Assembly: GCA_030446685.1 (NCBI GenBank)
Contig: JAUJMV010000002.1
Span: 140,878-204,877, forward strand
Length of the DNA stretch: 64,000 nucleotides
From: Thermomicrobiales bacterium
GTDB taxonomy: Bacteria; Chloroflexota; Chloroflexia; Thermomicrobiales; CADCWN01
Direction: 5' to 3'
The notes under the pieces were generated by a model. It was given only the letters and a program-made list of their open reading frames with translations, made no database searches and had not been told where the DNA came from. Every line of letters starts with the position of its first letter. Position 1 is the stretch's first letter. A program made the position numbers and the translations under genes. Below are positions 18,186 through 26,656 of the stretch, piece by piece.

Positions 18186-19661
18186 TCATTTGAGGAGGTC
18201 CTCCAGCACCAGCTCCGCGGTGATCTCGCCGGAGAGGAGGACCAGCGGGATGCCGCCGCCCGGCTGGGCGCTGCCGCCGGCGAAGTAGAGGCCGCGGACC
18301 TCCTCCGAGCGGTTCGGCGGGTGGAAGAAGGTGCTCTGCGACCACTTGCCGGAGAGGCCGAAGATCGAGCCGAGGTTGTTGTGGTGGCGCTCGGCGAAGT
18401 CGAGCGGCGTCCAGCGTTCCTCGACCACGATGCGCTCCGCGAGGTCGGCCAGGCCGAGGTCCCGCACCCTGGCGATCAGCAGATCGCGGTAGGCGTCCCC
18501 CTCGCGCGCCCAGTCGAAGGCGGGCGTGATGTGGGGGACCGGGGCGAGGACGTAGAGGGCGGACGAGCCGGGCGGGGCGAGCGCGGGGTCGGTGCGCGCG
18601 AAGTCGCCGATGTAGATCGTCGGGTCGGCGGGCGGGCGCTTCTCCCCGAAGATGCGCGCCATCTCGCCGGCGTAGTCGGCCGGGAAGAAGACGTTGTGGT
18701 GCTCCAGGCCCGGATAGACGCGGTCGACGCCGAGGTAGAGGATGAAGGCCGACGACGACGGCTCGTAGCGCGCCAGCCGCGCGTCGGTGTAGCGGCGGCG
18801 CCAGCGCGGGTGGACGAGGTCGCGGTAGGTGTGGACGAGGTCGGCGTTGGAGACGACCGCGTCGGCGGGGATGAACTCGTCGTCGGCCAGGATCACGCCG
18901 CGCGCCCCGTCGCGCCCGACCGCGATCTCCTTCACCGGCGCGCTGTAGCGGATGGCGACGCCGCGCCGCACGGCCAGCGCCGCCAGTTCCTCGGCGATCG
19001 CGTGCAGGCCGCGCCCGCCGCGCGCGAACCAGACGCCGTAGACGAACTCCAGGTAGGGGATCGCGGCGTAGGCGGCCGGGACCTGGGTGGGGGGGGTGCC
19101 GACGTAGATCGACTTGAAGGTCATGATGTGGCGCAGGTGGGGGTCGCGGAAGTAACGGCGCATCCGCCCGTCGAGCGAGCGGATCACGTCGAGCGTTAGG
19201 CCGGCGCGGGCGACGCGCGGGGTGAACATCTGGCGCGGGCCGTTGAACGAGCGGCGGAAGAAGTAGGCCATCAACTCGTCATAGATGCGCTCCGAGCGGG
19301 CCAGGAAGGCGAGGAAGCCGGCCACGTCGCGCGGCTCGAGCGCGGCGATCTGGGCGACGTTCCGGCGCAGGTCGGTGCCGAGCCGCAGCTCGACCCCATC
19401 TCGGAAGGCGAAGCGGAAGGCCGGCTCGCACGGCACCAGCTCGAGGTGGTCCGCCAGGCACTCGCCCGACTCGCGGAAGAGGTCTTCCAGCAGGTGGGGC
19501 AGGGTGAAGATGGTCGGCCCGGTGTCGAAGCGGAAGCCGCCGCGTTCGAGCGTGCCGAGCTTGCCGCCCGGCCGCGCGCCGCCCTCGACGATCGTCACCG
19601 CGCAGCCGGCGTTCGCCAGCCGGATCGCGGCGGAGAGCCCGCCGAGCCCGGCGCCGATCAC
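18186..19661 (-). CDS. crtI: phytoene desaturase family FAD oxidoreductase; annotated GTG start leaves a very short N-terminus
   Basis: (V)IGAGLGGLSAAIRLA dinucleotide fold; C-terminal YFAGGSAQPGGGIPLV. In-frame upstream codons read RTVVV, so the true start is unclear. Confidence 0.85.
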   Translation of the reverse strand: MIGAGLGGLSAAIRLANAGCAVTIVEGGARPGGKLGTLERGGFRFDTGPTIFTLPHLLEDLFRESGECLADHLELVPCEPAFRFAFRDGVELRLGTDLRRNVAQIAALEPRDVAGFLAFLARSERIYDELMAYFFRRSFNGPRQMFTPRVARAGLTLDVIRSLDGRMRRYFRDPHLRHIMTFKSIYVGTPPTQVPAAYAAIPYLEFVYGVWFARGGRGLHAIAEELAALAVRRGVAIRYSAPVKEIAVGRDGARGVILADDEFIPADAVVSNADLVHTYRDLVHPRWRRRYTDARLARYEPSSSAFILYLGVDRVYPGLEHHNVFFPADYAGEMARIFGEKRPPADPTIYIGDFARTDPALAPPGSSALYVLAPVPHITPAFDWAREGDAYRDLLIARVRDLGLADLAERIVVEERWTPLDFAERHHNNLGSIFGLSGKWSQSTFFHPPNRSEEVRGLYFAGGSAQPGGGIPLVLLSGEITAELVLEDLLK

Positions 19662-19694
19662 GACGACGGTGCGGCCCTGTCGAGCGCGCCGGGT

Positions 19695-19892
19695 GAACGC
19701 GGAACGCGGAACGCGGAACGCGGAATAACGTTGGCGGAATCAGGAGCAGACATCGGGGGAATGGTCATGCTCTTCCATCACTACTCGGCCTCGCAGCTTG
19801 TCCGCATAATGTGTCGCCAGGGAACTCTTGCGCTTATCCCCAAGTGTTCCCCAGCCCTTCGTTCCGCGTTCCGCGTTCCGCGTTCCGCGTTC
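19695..19892. repeat. heptamer-array hairpin, unit GAACGCG x4-5 per arm, 128-nt spacer
   Basis: gaacgcg x4 + gaataac at 19695-19729 versus cttcgttc + cgcgttc x4 at 19858-19892. The left arm is 34 nt upstream of the crtI start and the right arm lies inside the 3' end of the UbiA-like ORF. Confidence 0.9.
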
Positions 19893-20806
19893 ATCGTCGC
19901 CCACGCCAGCGCCGCCGCAGTCAGCGCGGTCAGCGCGACCATCAGCGCGCCGGCGACCGGCCAGGGGATCACCGGGCGCTGCTGCCAGATCAGCGTCAGG
20001 GTGATCGCCGCGCCGGCGGCGATGTTGAGCGAGAAGAAGGCGCGGTAGAGGCGGTGCGCCAGGTCGAACGAGCGCCCGCCGAGCAGGAAAGCGGCGACCA
20101 GCCCGGCATAGACGATGAAGAGGAGCGCCAGGGCCGGGACGGCGCGCAGGGTCGCCGCGCCGGCCAGGTAGAGCGCCAGTGCCAGGAGGGCGGTCGGAGT
20201 CGCGCCGAGGGCGACGGCGACGGTGCGGATGCCGGCAGCGCGGTCGGCGGGAAGGTCCTGGATCGCGGTGAAGGCGTGCGAGGCGATCGCCCAGAGCGCG
20301 AACGCCCCGACCGCCGCCCAGGGCGTCGGGGCGACCCCGTGCGCCAGCGCCGAGACCAGCAGCGAGCCGGCGTAGAGGACGTTCGCCAGGGAGTCGAGAC
20401 CCGGCCGCCCCTTCAGGCGCGGCGGCGCGCTGTAGGCGAGGCTCAGCGCGAGCAGGCCGGCGAAGGCGAGGGCCGCGGCGGGCGAGCGCAGCGCGAGGAG
20501 GAGCGGGAGCGCCGGCAGGTTCCAAGCGAGCATCAGCCAGGTGAGCCGGCGGAAGTTGCCGGGGTGGACCAGCAGCGCCCCCTCCGCCGAGTCCTTGCGC
20601 GCGTTGCGCAGGTCCGATTCGTAGTCGAAGATGTCGTTGACGCCGTGCAGCAGCAGGTTGTAGGGGAAGGTGAAGTAGGCGATCAGCAGCACGGTCGGCA
20701 GGTCGAGGCGCCGCCCGGAGAGCAGCCAGCCCCAGGCGACCGGCACCGCCGTGTTGAACCAGAAGAGCGGGCGCGAGATCGTGACCAGCGCGCGAAACGA
20801 GAGCAT
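19781..20806 (-). CDS. UbiA-family prenyltransferase (lycopene-elongase/hydratase-like), C-terminus reads through a repeat arm
   Basis: NDIFDYESD (NDxxDxxxD) with multiple TM helices. The last ~35 codons (...MNAERGTRNAERR...) are repeat-derived, so the real C-terminus is doubtful. Confidence 0.75.
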   Translation of the reverse strand: MLSFRALVTISRPLFWFNTAVPVAWGWLLSGRRLDLPTVLLIAYFTFPYNLLLHGVNDIFDYESDLRNARKDSAEGALLVHPGNFRRLTWLMLAWNLPALPLLLALRSPAAALAFAGLLALSLAYSAPPRLKGRPGLDSLANVLYAGSLLVSALAHGVAPTPWAAVGAFALWAIASHAFTAIQDLPADRAAGIRTVAVALGATPTALLALALYLAGAATLRAVPALALLFIVYAGLVAAFLLGGRSFDLAHRLYRAFFSLNIAAGAAITLTLIWQQRPVIPWPVAGALMVALTALTAAALAWATMNAERGTRNAERRAGEHLGISARVPWRHIMRTSCEAE

Positions 20807-21033
20807 GCCCCGCCTTTACCCCGAATACCGCCGGTCACCGGCCGGCCACGACCCCGCCGCCCCCGCTGGCGGGCGGCGACGGCTCCGGCAATTGTACCAG
20901 TTACGCGGGTGGTGACGGCCCCGCTCCGCAACTTCGGGGGTGAGGGCTGGGGGGCGCCGCCATTCGCGCCGTCTGCGCCCGGTGGCGGGGAGGGTATGGA
21001 CGATCTGCTGGCCGTTGAGCAACGGCACGATCG

Positions 21034-21144
21034 CCCCCGTCATCCTGAGCGTAGCGAAGGATCGGTGTCTCTGGCACCGGAGGGTGCCATCCGCCACGCG
21101 CGTGCCGCGGAGACGATCCTTCGCTGCGCTCAGGATGACGGGGG
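21034..21144. repeat. 111-bp compound palindrome (gtcatcctgagcg.agcgaaggatc type)
   Basis: cccccgtcatcctgagcgtagcgaaggatcg at 21034-21064 versus cgatccttcgctgcgctcaggatgacggggg at 21114-21144. The inner hairpin is ggcacc-ggag-ggtgcc at 21073-21088. Confidence 0.8.
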
Positions 21145-21216
21145 AGGGGGTGCCTCGCCCTCCGCGCAAACTGCTGCTGAACCTGTTTCGCCGGGATGGC
21201 GGAGGGGCGGCCCTCG

Positions 21217-22125
21217 TCACCCCGCGACGCGCAGGTAGTGCGCCCAGTAGCCTTGCCAGGGGCCGTACCGCTCCGCGATGCGCCTGGCTTCGGCTGCGGT
21301 CAGCGACTTGCCGTCGCCGTAGACCCTGGACACCGCCGCGAGGAGTTCCCGCTCGCTCGCCGGCACGATCCGCTCCATCCGGCCCAGGCCGCGCAGCAGG
21401 ACGAACGTCGCCGACCAGGGGCCGATGCCGTCGATCCGGCGCAGCCACGCCTCGACCTCGCCGTAGGGGGCGGTCCGCAGCCAGTCCTCGTCCGCGCGGG
21501 CGAAGGCGGCGCCGGCCGAGGCCAGGTACGCCGCCTTGCGCCCGTTGCCGAGCAGCGCCGCGAGGCAGTCCGGGCTGGCGGCGGCGAGCGCGGCCGCCTC
21601 GGGGAAGGTCCGCCGGACCGCGCCCGCGACGGTCAGCGCCCCGCCGAAGCGCGCGGTCAGCGCGTCCTTCAGCCGCCGCGCAACCGCCGGCGGCGTGCGC
21701 TGGGCGAGGATCGCCCAGCAGGCGTTCTCGAACGGCGTGGGGAACTTGACCTGGTGGTAACCGTAGAGCCGCCGGACGAGCGGCGCGAAGGGCGGCTCGG
21801 CCGCGGCGCGGGCGTAGAAGGGGCGCAGGTCGTCGGTGAGGCTGAGGTAGAAGGCAATCCGGTCGCGGGCGGCGCCCTCCACCGCCGGCCCGAGCGGTTC
21901 CGCCGCGTGGAGGGTGTAGGCCAGGCGCGGCGCCTCGACCGTGCCGGCCGCCTCTACCCGGAAGACGACCGTCCGGCCCGCCACGCCGACCGCCTTGGTC
22001 AAGGCCATCCCCTCCAGCGCCTGCTCGCACCGCGTGGGCGCGAACAGGCCGAGGAAGCGGAGGGACAGGGCGAAGTCGAACGGCGGGGCCGCGGCGAGTT
22101 CGCCCGTCGCGGTGTGCAGTTCCAT
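21217..22125 (-). CDS. DNA-3-methyladenine glycosylase II (AlkA-like, HhH-GPD)
   Basis: NACWAILAQRTPPAVARRL and IDGIGPWSATFVLLRGLG. Intact at 302 aa. Confidence 0.8.
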   Translation of the reverse strand: MELHTATGELAAAPPFDFALSLRFLGLFAPTRCEQALEGMALTKAVGVAGRTVVFRVEAAGTVEAPRLAYTLHAAEPLGPAVEGAARDRIAFYLSLTDDLRPFYARAAAEPPFAPLVRRLYGYHQVKFPTPFENACWAILAQRTPPAVARRLKDALTARFGGALTVAGAVRRTFPEAAALAAASPDCLAALLGNGRKAAYLASAGAAFARADEDWLRTAPYGEVEAWLRRIDGIGPWSATFVLLRGLGRMERIVPASERELLAAVSRVYGDGKSLTAAEARRIAERYGPWQGYWAHYLRVAG

Positions 22126-22134
22126 CGCGCGCCC

Positions 22135-22505
22135 CTACCGATCCGCCAGGCGGTAGACGTTCAGCAGGTGGCCCTCGGGGTCCCGCGCCAGGAAGGTGCG
22201 GCCGAACGGGCGGTCCACCGGCTTCGACAGGATGTCTACGCCCCGCGCCGTCCAATCCCGCCAGACGGCGTCGGCGTCGTCGACCTCCAGCCCCAGCTCG
22301 CAGCCGCCCGGCGCGCCGGCCAGTCCCGGCGGCGCGGTCGCAGCGTCCTGCACGGCGATCCGCGCCGCCGGCCGGGCGCAGCGCGATGCGGCGCGGCCCG
22401 GAGAGTTCCGGCGACCTCCGGCAGGCCGAGTGTCTCGGTGTAGAAGGCCCGCGCCCGGTCCAGATCGCGGACATACAGACTGACGATGCCCAACGCGTAG
22501 TGCAT
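22135..22505 (-). CDS. VOC/glyoxalase family protein, about 2 apparent frameshifts
   Basis: MHYALGIVSLYVRDLDRARAFYTETLGL (ORF 22236..22541) and ELGLEVDDADAVWRDWTARGVDILSKPVDRPFGRTFLARDPEGHLLNVY (ORF 22135..22353). Confidence 0.65.
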
Positions 22506-22540
22506 GCCGACCTCCCGCTCAAGAACGCTGGCACCCGCCA

Positions 22541-22960
22541 CCGGATACCCATGGTTCCACTGTACAGGGCGCCGGCCTATGAGCGGTCGGCTGCCCTGCT
22601 GCTATACTTACTCGATCGGGCAGCGGCCCCGCGCGGGGGACGCGGTCGTCACGGCGGACCGTGGCGGATCTGGTCGCCCCTTGGCTGGCAGACGGTGACG
22701 ATGCCCAACTTCGACCACATCCGCCGGTGCGGCCGGCGGTCGCGAGCGGCGTCACGCCGGATACCCGTGGTTCCGTGCGACGCGACGAACAGGGCGCCGG
22801 TGACGCCCTATGTCAATAGCGTGCCGGCGCGGGGTCGATCGGGCAGCGATTGCCGCGGGCGGGCGGGGGACGCGGTCGTCACGGCGGACCGTGGCGGGAT
22901 CCGGGCGCGACTTCGACCACATCCGCCGGTGCGGCCGGCGGTACATGAGCGGCGCCGGCA
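22541..22960. repeat. about 216-bp tandem direct repeat, ~2.1 copies, in the divergent VOC/glcF intergenic region
   Basis: ccggataccc(a/g)tggttcc, gatcgggcagcg...gggggacgcggtcgtcacggcggaccgtggcgg and cttcgaccacatccgccggtgcggccggcggt each occur twice, 216 nt apart. A third partial unit covers the glcF ATG. Confidence 0.8.
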
Positions 22961-24341
22961 CGGCGGAAGCAAGGGGTGGCAGCGTGGCGACGCGGACGAT
23001 CGACCTGGTCAATCTCGTGCCGGCGCGGGGCCTCGCCGGGCGCGACGCGCCGAGCGACGAGATCATCAACGCCTGCGTGCGCTGCGGCTTCTGCCTCAAC
23101 TCCTGCCCGACCTTCCTCGAGACCGGCATCGAGACGTCCTCGCCGCGCGGGCGGATCTACCTGATGAAGGCGGTCGCGGAGGGGCGCCTGGCGCCCGATA
23201 GCCCCGGCTTCGCGGGGCAGATGTACGAGTGCCTCGGCTGCCTGGCCTGCGAGGCGGTCTGCCCGTCGGGCGTGCAGTACGGCAAGATCCTCGAGCCGGC
23301 GCGGGACCAGGTCGAGCGGCGGATCCGGCGCCCGCTGGGGCAGCGCCTGGTCCGGGCGGCCAGTTTCAAGGTCCTCTTCGCCGACATGCGCCTCTTCCGC
23401 CTCCAGTCCGGCCTCTTCCGGGCCTACCAGCGCAGCGGCGCGCAGTGGCTCGCCCGCCGGAGCGGCGCGCTGCGGGCGCTCGGGCTCGACCGGGCCGAGG
23501 GCTTCCTGCCGCGCATGTCCGGCCGCTTCTTCGTCCCGAGGGGCAGGTCTACCCGGCGGCGGGGGCGCGGCGGGCGCGGGTGGCGCTCTTCGCCGGCTGC
23601 GTCATGAGCACCGCCTTCGCGCGGGTGGACCGGGCGACCGCGCGGGTGCTGGCGCGCAACGGCTGCGAGGTCGTCGTGCCGCCGGCGCAGGGGTGCTGCG
23701 GCGCGCTCAACCTGCACGGCGGCGACATGGAGTCGGCGCGGGCGTTGATGCGGCGCAACATCGCGGCATTCGAGGGGCTGGAGGTCGACGCGATCATCAT
23801 CAACGCGGCCGGCTGCGGCACCTCCCTGAAGGGCTACGGCCACCTCCTCCACGACGATCCCGAATGGGCCGATCGTGCCGCCGCCTTCGCCGCGAAGGTC
23901 AAGGACATCAGCGAGTTCCTGGGCGGCCTCGGCCTCGTCGGGGAGTTGGGGCGGATCGCGGCGCGCGTCACCTACCAGGACGCCTGCCACCTGGCGCACG
24001 GGCAGCGGATCACGAAGCAGCCGCGCGAGTTGCTGCGGGCGATCCCCGGCCTCGAACTGGTGGAGATGGCCGAGTCGAGCCTCTGCTGCGGCAGCGCGGG
24101 CGTCTACAACCTCACGCGGCCGGAGATGTCCGCGCGGCTGATGGCGCGCAAGGTCGGCCACGCGCTGGAGGCCCGGCCGGAGATCGTCGTCTCGGCCAAC
24201 CCCGGCTGCATGATCCAGCTCGCCACGGGGCTCCAGCAGGCCGGCGCGCGAGGGGTGAAGGTGAAGCACGTCGTCGAATTGCTCGACGAGTCCTACCGCC
24301 GCACCGAGGGGCCGGGCGTGCGCCGCCGCGTCCGCGCCTGA
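22945..24341 (+). CDS. glcF: glycolate oxidase iron-sulfur subunit GlcF-like (2x4Fe-4S + CCG domains), one apparent frameshift near 23535
   Basis: CVRCGFCLNSCPTF, CLGCLACEAVCPSGV, and CCG-type motifs LFAGCVM and CCGSAG. Pieces in ORFs 22810..23607 and 23229..24341. Confidence 0.8.
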
Positions 24342-24358
24342 TCCCCGCGTTCCCGGTT

Positions 24359-24787
24359 TCAGAGTGCGGCGGTGAAGATCCAGGGACCGGGATAGGCTTT
24401 GTCCACGGCCAGGCGCGGCGAGCCGTCATCCTTCATTGAATGCACCGCGCCGACTTCGATCTGGAGCTTCTCAGCCGACGGATCGGGGTGCGGGTTGCAG
24501 TTGTAGGCCATGCGCCATTCATGCCCTGTCGCGCTCGGGATGCCGTTGCCGCCGCCGATCCAGGGGCGGTAGCGCCCGCCGCGATTGTCGCTGACCGCGA
24601 GCGACAGCATGGTGATAGCGGGACACTCGGTGGGGTGGTGGGCGCGGAAGTTGACCTTGAAGCCGTCTTCGTACACTTCGACGGCGATGCAGGTGAGCGA
24701 CCATCCGCCGTGCGTCTGCGCCTGACCCACGGGAATGATTCGCTCCAACACCTCGAGTTCCGGTGGTCGCGGCCGCCCTGTCATCAC
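24359..24787 (-). CDS. uncharacterised protein, paralog 1 of the PadR-operon domain
   Basis: Shares LERIIPVGQ.QTHGGW..TCIA.E.Y.DGF...F, V.D.RG..YRPW.GGGNG, DP.A..L..E and GPW.FT.AL blocks with the next two genes. Confidence 0.7.
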   Translation of the reverse strand: MMTGRPRPPELEVLERIIPVGQAQTHGGWSLTCIAVEVYEDGFKVNFRAHHPTECPAITMLSLAVSDNRGGRYRPWIGGGNGIPSATGHEWRMAYNCNPHPDPSAEKLQIEVGAVHSMKDDGSPRLAVDKAYPGPWIFTAAL

Positions 24788-24825
24788 CGCACCTCCCTCT
24801 GCGCTGACCGCGCACCCCGCGCCGT

Positions 24826-25284
24826 TTATGCGTTGGTCCCGCCGGCAAGCGCGATCGTGAAGCGCCAGGGGCCGGTGAATCGTTTGCCGACGAATAGCCG
24901 GTCGCGCTCGTCGCGCGTCTCGTCGTACTCCACTATTTGGACCTCGGCAATCTCCACCTTCAATTCACGGGCGGTAGGGTCGAGTTGCGGCGTGCAATTG
25001 GCGGACAGGCGCCAGTCGTAGGCCTGGCCAAACCCCGACCCATTGCCACCGCTGCCCCAGGGTCGGTACTGCGTGTCGCGATCGTCGCGGACGGTCAGGG
25101 CCAACCGCGGATTTCCCGTCGGGGTATGCGCACCGTAGACGCGGAATCCGATCCTGAACCCATCATCGTACAGTTCTATGGCGATGCAGGTGATGGTCCA
25201 GCCCTCGCGCGTCTCGGTCTGCCCGACCGGGATGACCCGCTCGAGCGTGCTGAGGTCCGGCGGTCGTGGCTGCGCTGGAACCAT
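24826..25284 (-). CDS. uncharacterised protein, paralog 2 of the PadR-operon domain
   Basis: MVPAQPRPPDLSTLERVIPVGQTETREGWTITCIAIELYDDGFRIGFRV.... ATG at 25284 is preceded by GAGGAGGG. Confidence 0.7.
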   Translation of the reverse strand: MVPAQPRPPDLSTLERVIPVGQTETREGWTITCIAIELYDDGFRIGFRVYGAHTPTGNPRLALTVRDDRDTQYRPWGSGGNGSGFGQAYDWRLSANCTPQLDPTARELKVEIAEVQIVEYDETRDERDRLFVGKRFTGPWRFTIALAGGTNA

Positions 25285-25310
25285 CCGGCCCTCCTCGAAA
25301 GTGCCCACGA

Positions 25311-26057
25311 TTACCCTGCCACCTCCGTGGCGAGCGCGATGGTGAATGCCCACCGACCGGAGCCGTCCTGAGCCGGGATCGGCTCGCCCGGCATGGAACC
25401 CTGTCCCTGCAGTTGTAACCGGACCTCGAATCGAAGTTCGCGAGCGAGCGGATCGAGTGGGGGAGTCAGGACGTAGGGGAGCCGCATGCGGTACTTGCCG
25501 GGCATGCCGCCGCCGTAGCCGCCGTACCCGCGGGCCTGATAGCGTCCCCCCCGATCGTCGCTGACGTGCAGCACGAGCCGGGGATCGGGGAGTTTCCCGA
25601 AATCGCCATCCCGGGTCGCCGCCAGCGCGGGATCGTCCTGGTGGACGTTGAAGTTGGCGACAACGGCTCCCTCCCAGCGTTCCAGCGAGACGAACGTCAC
25701 CGTCCAGGCGGCATGGGTCTGCGTCTGGTTCACCGGGATAACCCGGGCTAACTCACGCAGCACCGGAAAGGATCTGGGCATCGCCACCTCCTGTCCCGGG
25801 GAACCAAGCAGCCACTCGCGGATGGCGGCGATGCGCTCCCTGGTCGCGGTGAACAGCAGATCACCGAGGGTGTGCCGCCACACGCGCAGCAGTCCGGACG
25901 CGCCGCGACGTTCGTAAGCATCGCGGCAGCAGTCGCGGAACAACTGCGCCATCGCCGGCGCGTAGGCCCGCCGGAACGACGCGGGATAGGTTCGGAGCAG
26001 CGCCCGGTAAAGCCGGTCGGACAGCCGCAACAGCCACCTGAGCGATGACGCGGCCAT
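25311..26057 (-). CDS. two-part protein: PadR-partner-type N-terminal helical region plus paralog 3 of the operon domain
   Basis: N-terminus LLRLSDRLYRALLRTYPASFRRAYAPAMAQLFRD. C-terminus LARVIPVNQTQTHAAWTVTFVSLE...HVSDDRGGRYQARGYGGYGG...GRWAFTIAL. TGATG start/stop overlap with padR. Confidence 0.7.
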   Translation of the reverse strand: MAASSLRWLLRLSDRLYRALLRTYPASFRRAYAPAMAQLFRDCCRDAYERRGASGLLRVWRHTLGDLLFTATRERIAAIREWLLGSPGQEVAMPRSFPVLRELARVIPVNQTQTHAAWTVTFVSLERWEGAVVANFNVHQDDPALAATRDGDFGKLPDPRLVLHVSDDRGGRYQARGYGGYGGGMPGKYRMRLPYVLTPPLDPLARELRFEVRLQLQGQGSMPGEPIPAQDGSGRWAFTIALATEVAG

Positions 26058-26458
26058 CAGCCATCTCCCCCTGGCGTCCCGGCCTCGGGGCCGGGCAGCA
26101 GCCGCCTCTCGCGCGCCGCGCCGACCAGCCGATCCAGCCGCCGGGCCTCGTCCGCGGCCACCCGCTCACCCAGGGCGGTCAACCGGTAGTAACGGCGACG
26201 CTCATCGTCGAGGGTGGGGTCGGGGCGTTCGCCGGACTCGGCGATCAGCCCCGCCCCCAGCAGCCGCTTGATCGTGCCGTAGAGCGTGCCCGGCCCCAGC
26301 CGCAGGGCGCCGACGGTGAGGGCTTCGACCTCCTGCATGATGGCATAGCCATGCCGCTCGCCGCCGGCCAACGCGAGCAGGATGTGGAAGGCCGCCGGGG
26401 TTAACGCGGGTGGCGCCCCCCGCGGCGTGCCTTGCGGCCCGCGCCTTGCCTGTCTCAC
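26057..26458 (-). CDS. PadR family transcriptional regulator
   Basis: FHILLALAGGERHGYAIMQEVEALTVGALRLGPGTLYGTIKRLLGAGLI. Confidence 0.85.
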   Translation of the reverse strand: MRQARRGPQGTPRGAPPALTPAAFHILLALAGGERHGYAIMQEVEALTVGALRLGPGTLYGTIKRLLGAGLIAESGERPDPTLDDERRRYYRLTALGERVAADEARRLDRLVGAARERRLLPGPEAGTPGGDG

Positions 26459-26467
26459 CGCTCACCC

Positions 26468-26503
26468 TATCTATCACTATCCGATATATCAAGTGTTGAT
26501 AGG
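26468..26503. promoter_or_regulatory. AT-rich palindromic region upstream of padR (operator candidate)
   Basis: CTATCA (26471-26476) / TGATAG (26497-26502) flank the palindrome GATATATC (26483-26490). Confidence 0.25.
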
Positions 26504-26656
26504 TTACACCCCCTCAAACCTGCTGTCAACGGCCTGGAGGCATGTTCGCTGGCGAAAAGGCCGGCGGGATGGCGAGCGCGAGGGACCGGGGCAAGCCGCC
26601 CGTAGCCGACGCTGGCGTTCCCGGCTCTGATTTGTCGCTTGCACCGTGGGCGGGGC

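Noticed and set aside
18054-19892. The heptamer arrays considered as CRISPR arrays or other spacer-repeat loci.
   Set aside because: The units are only 7 nt and directly abutting, with no spacers. The arrays come in inverted pairs, and no cas genes are present in the window.
22541-22960. The tandem ~216-bp repeat considered as a tandem-aptamer riboswitch (glycine-riboswitch-like), given the glycolate-related downstream gene.
   Set aside because: I could not find the conserved glycine-aptamer core elements as I remember them. The repeat units are far larger than an aptamer. I kept it only as an unexplained repeat.
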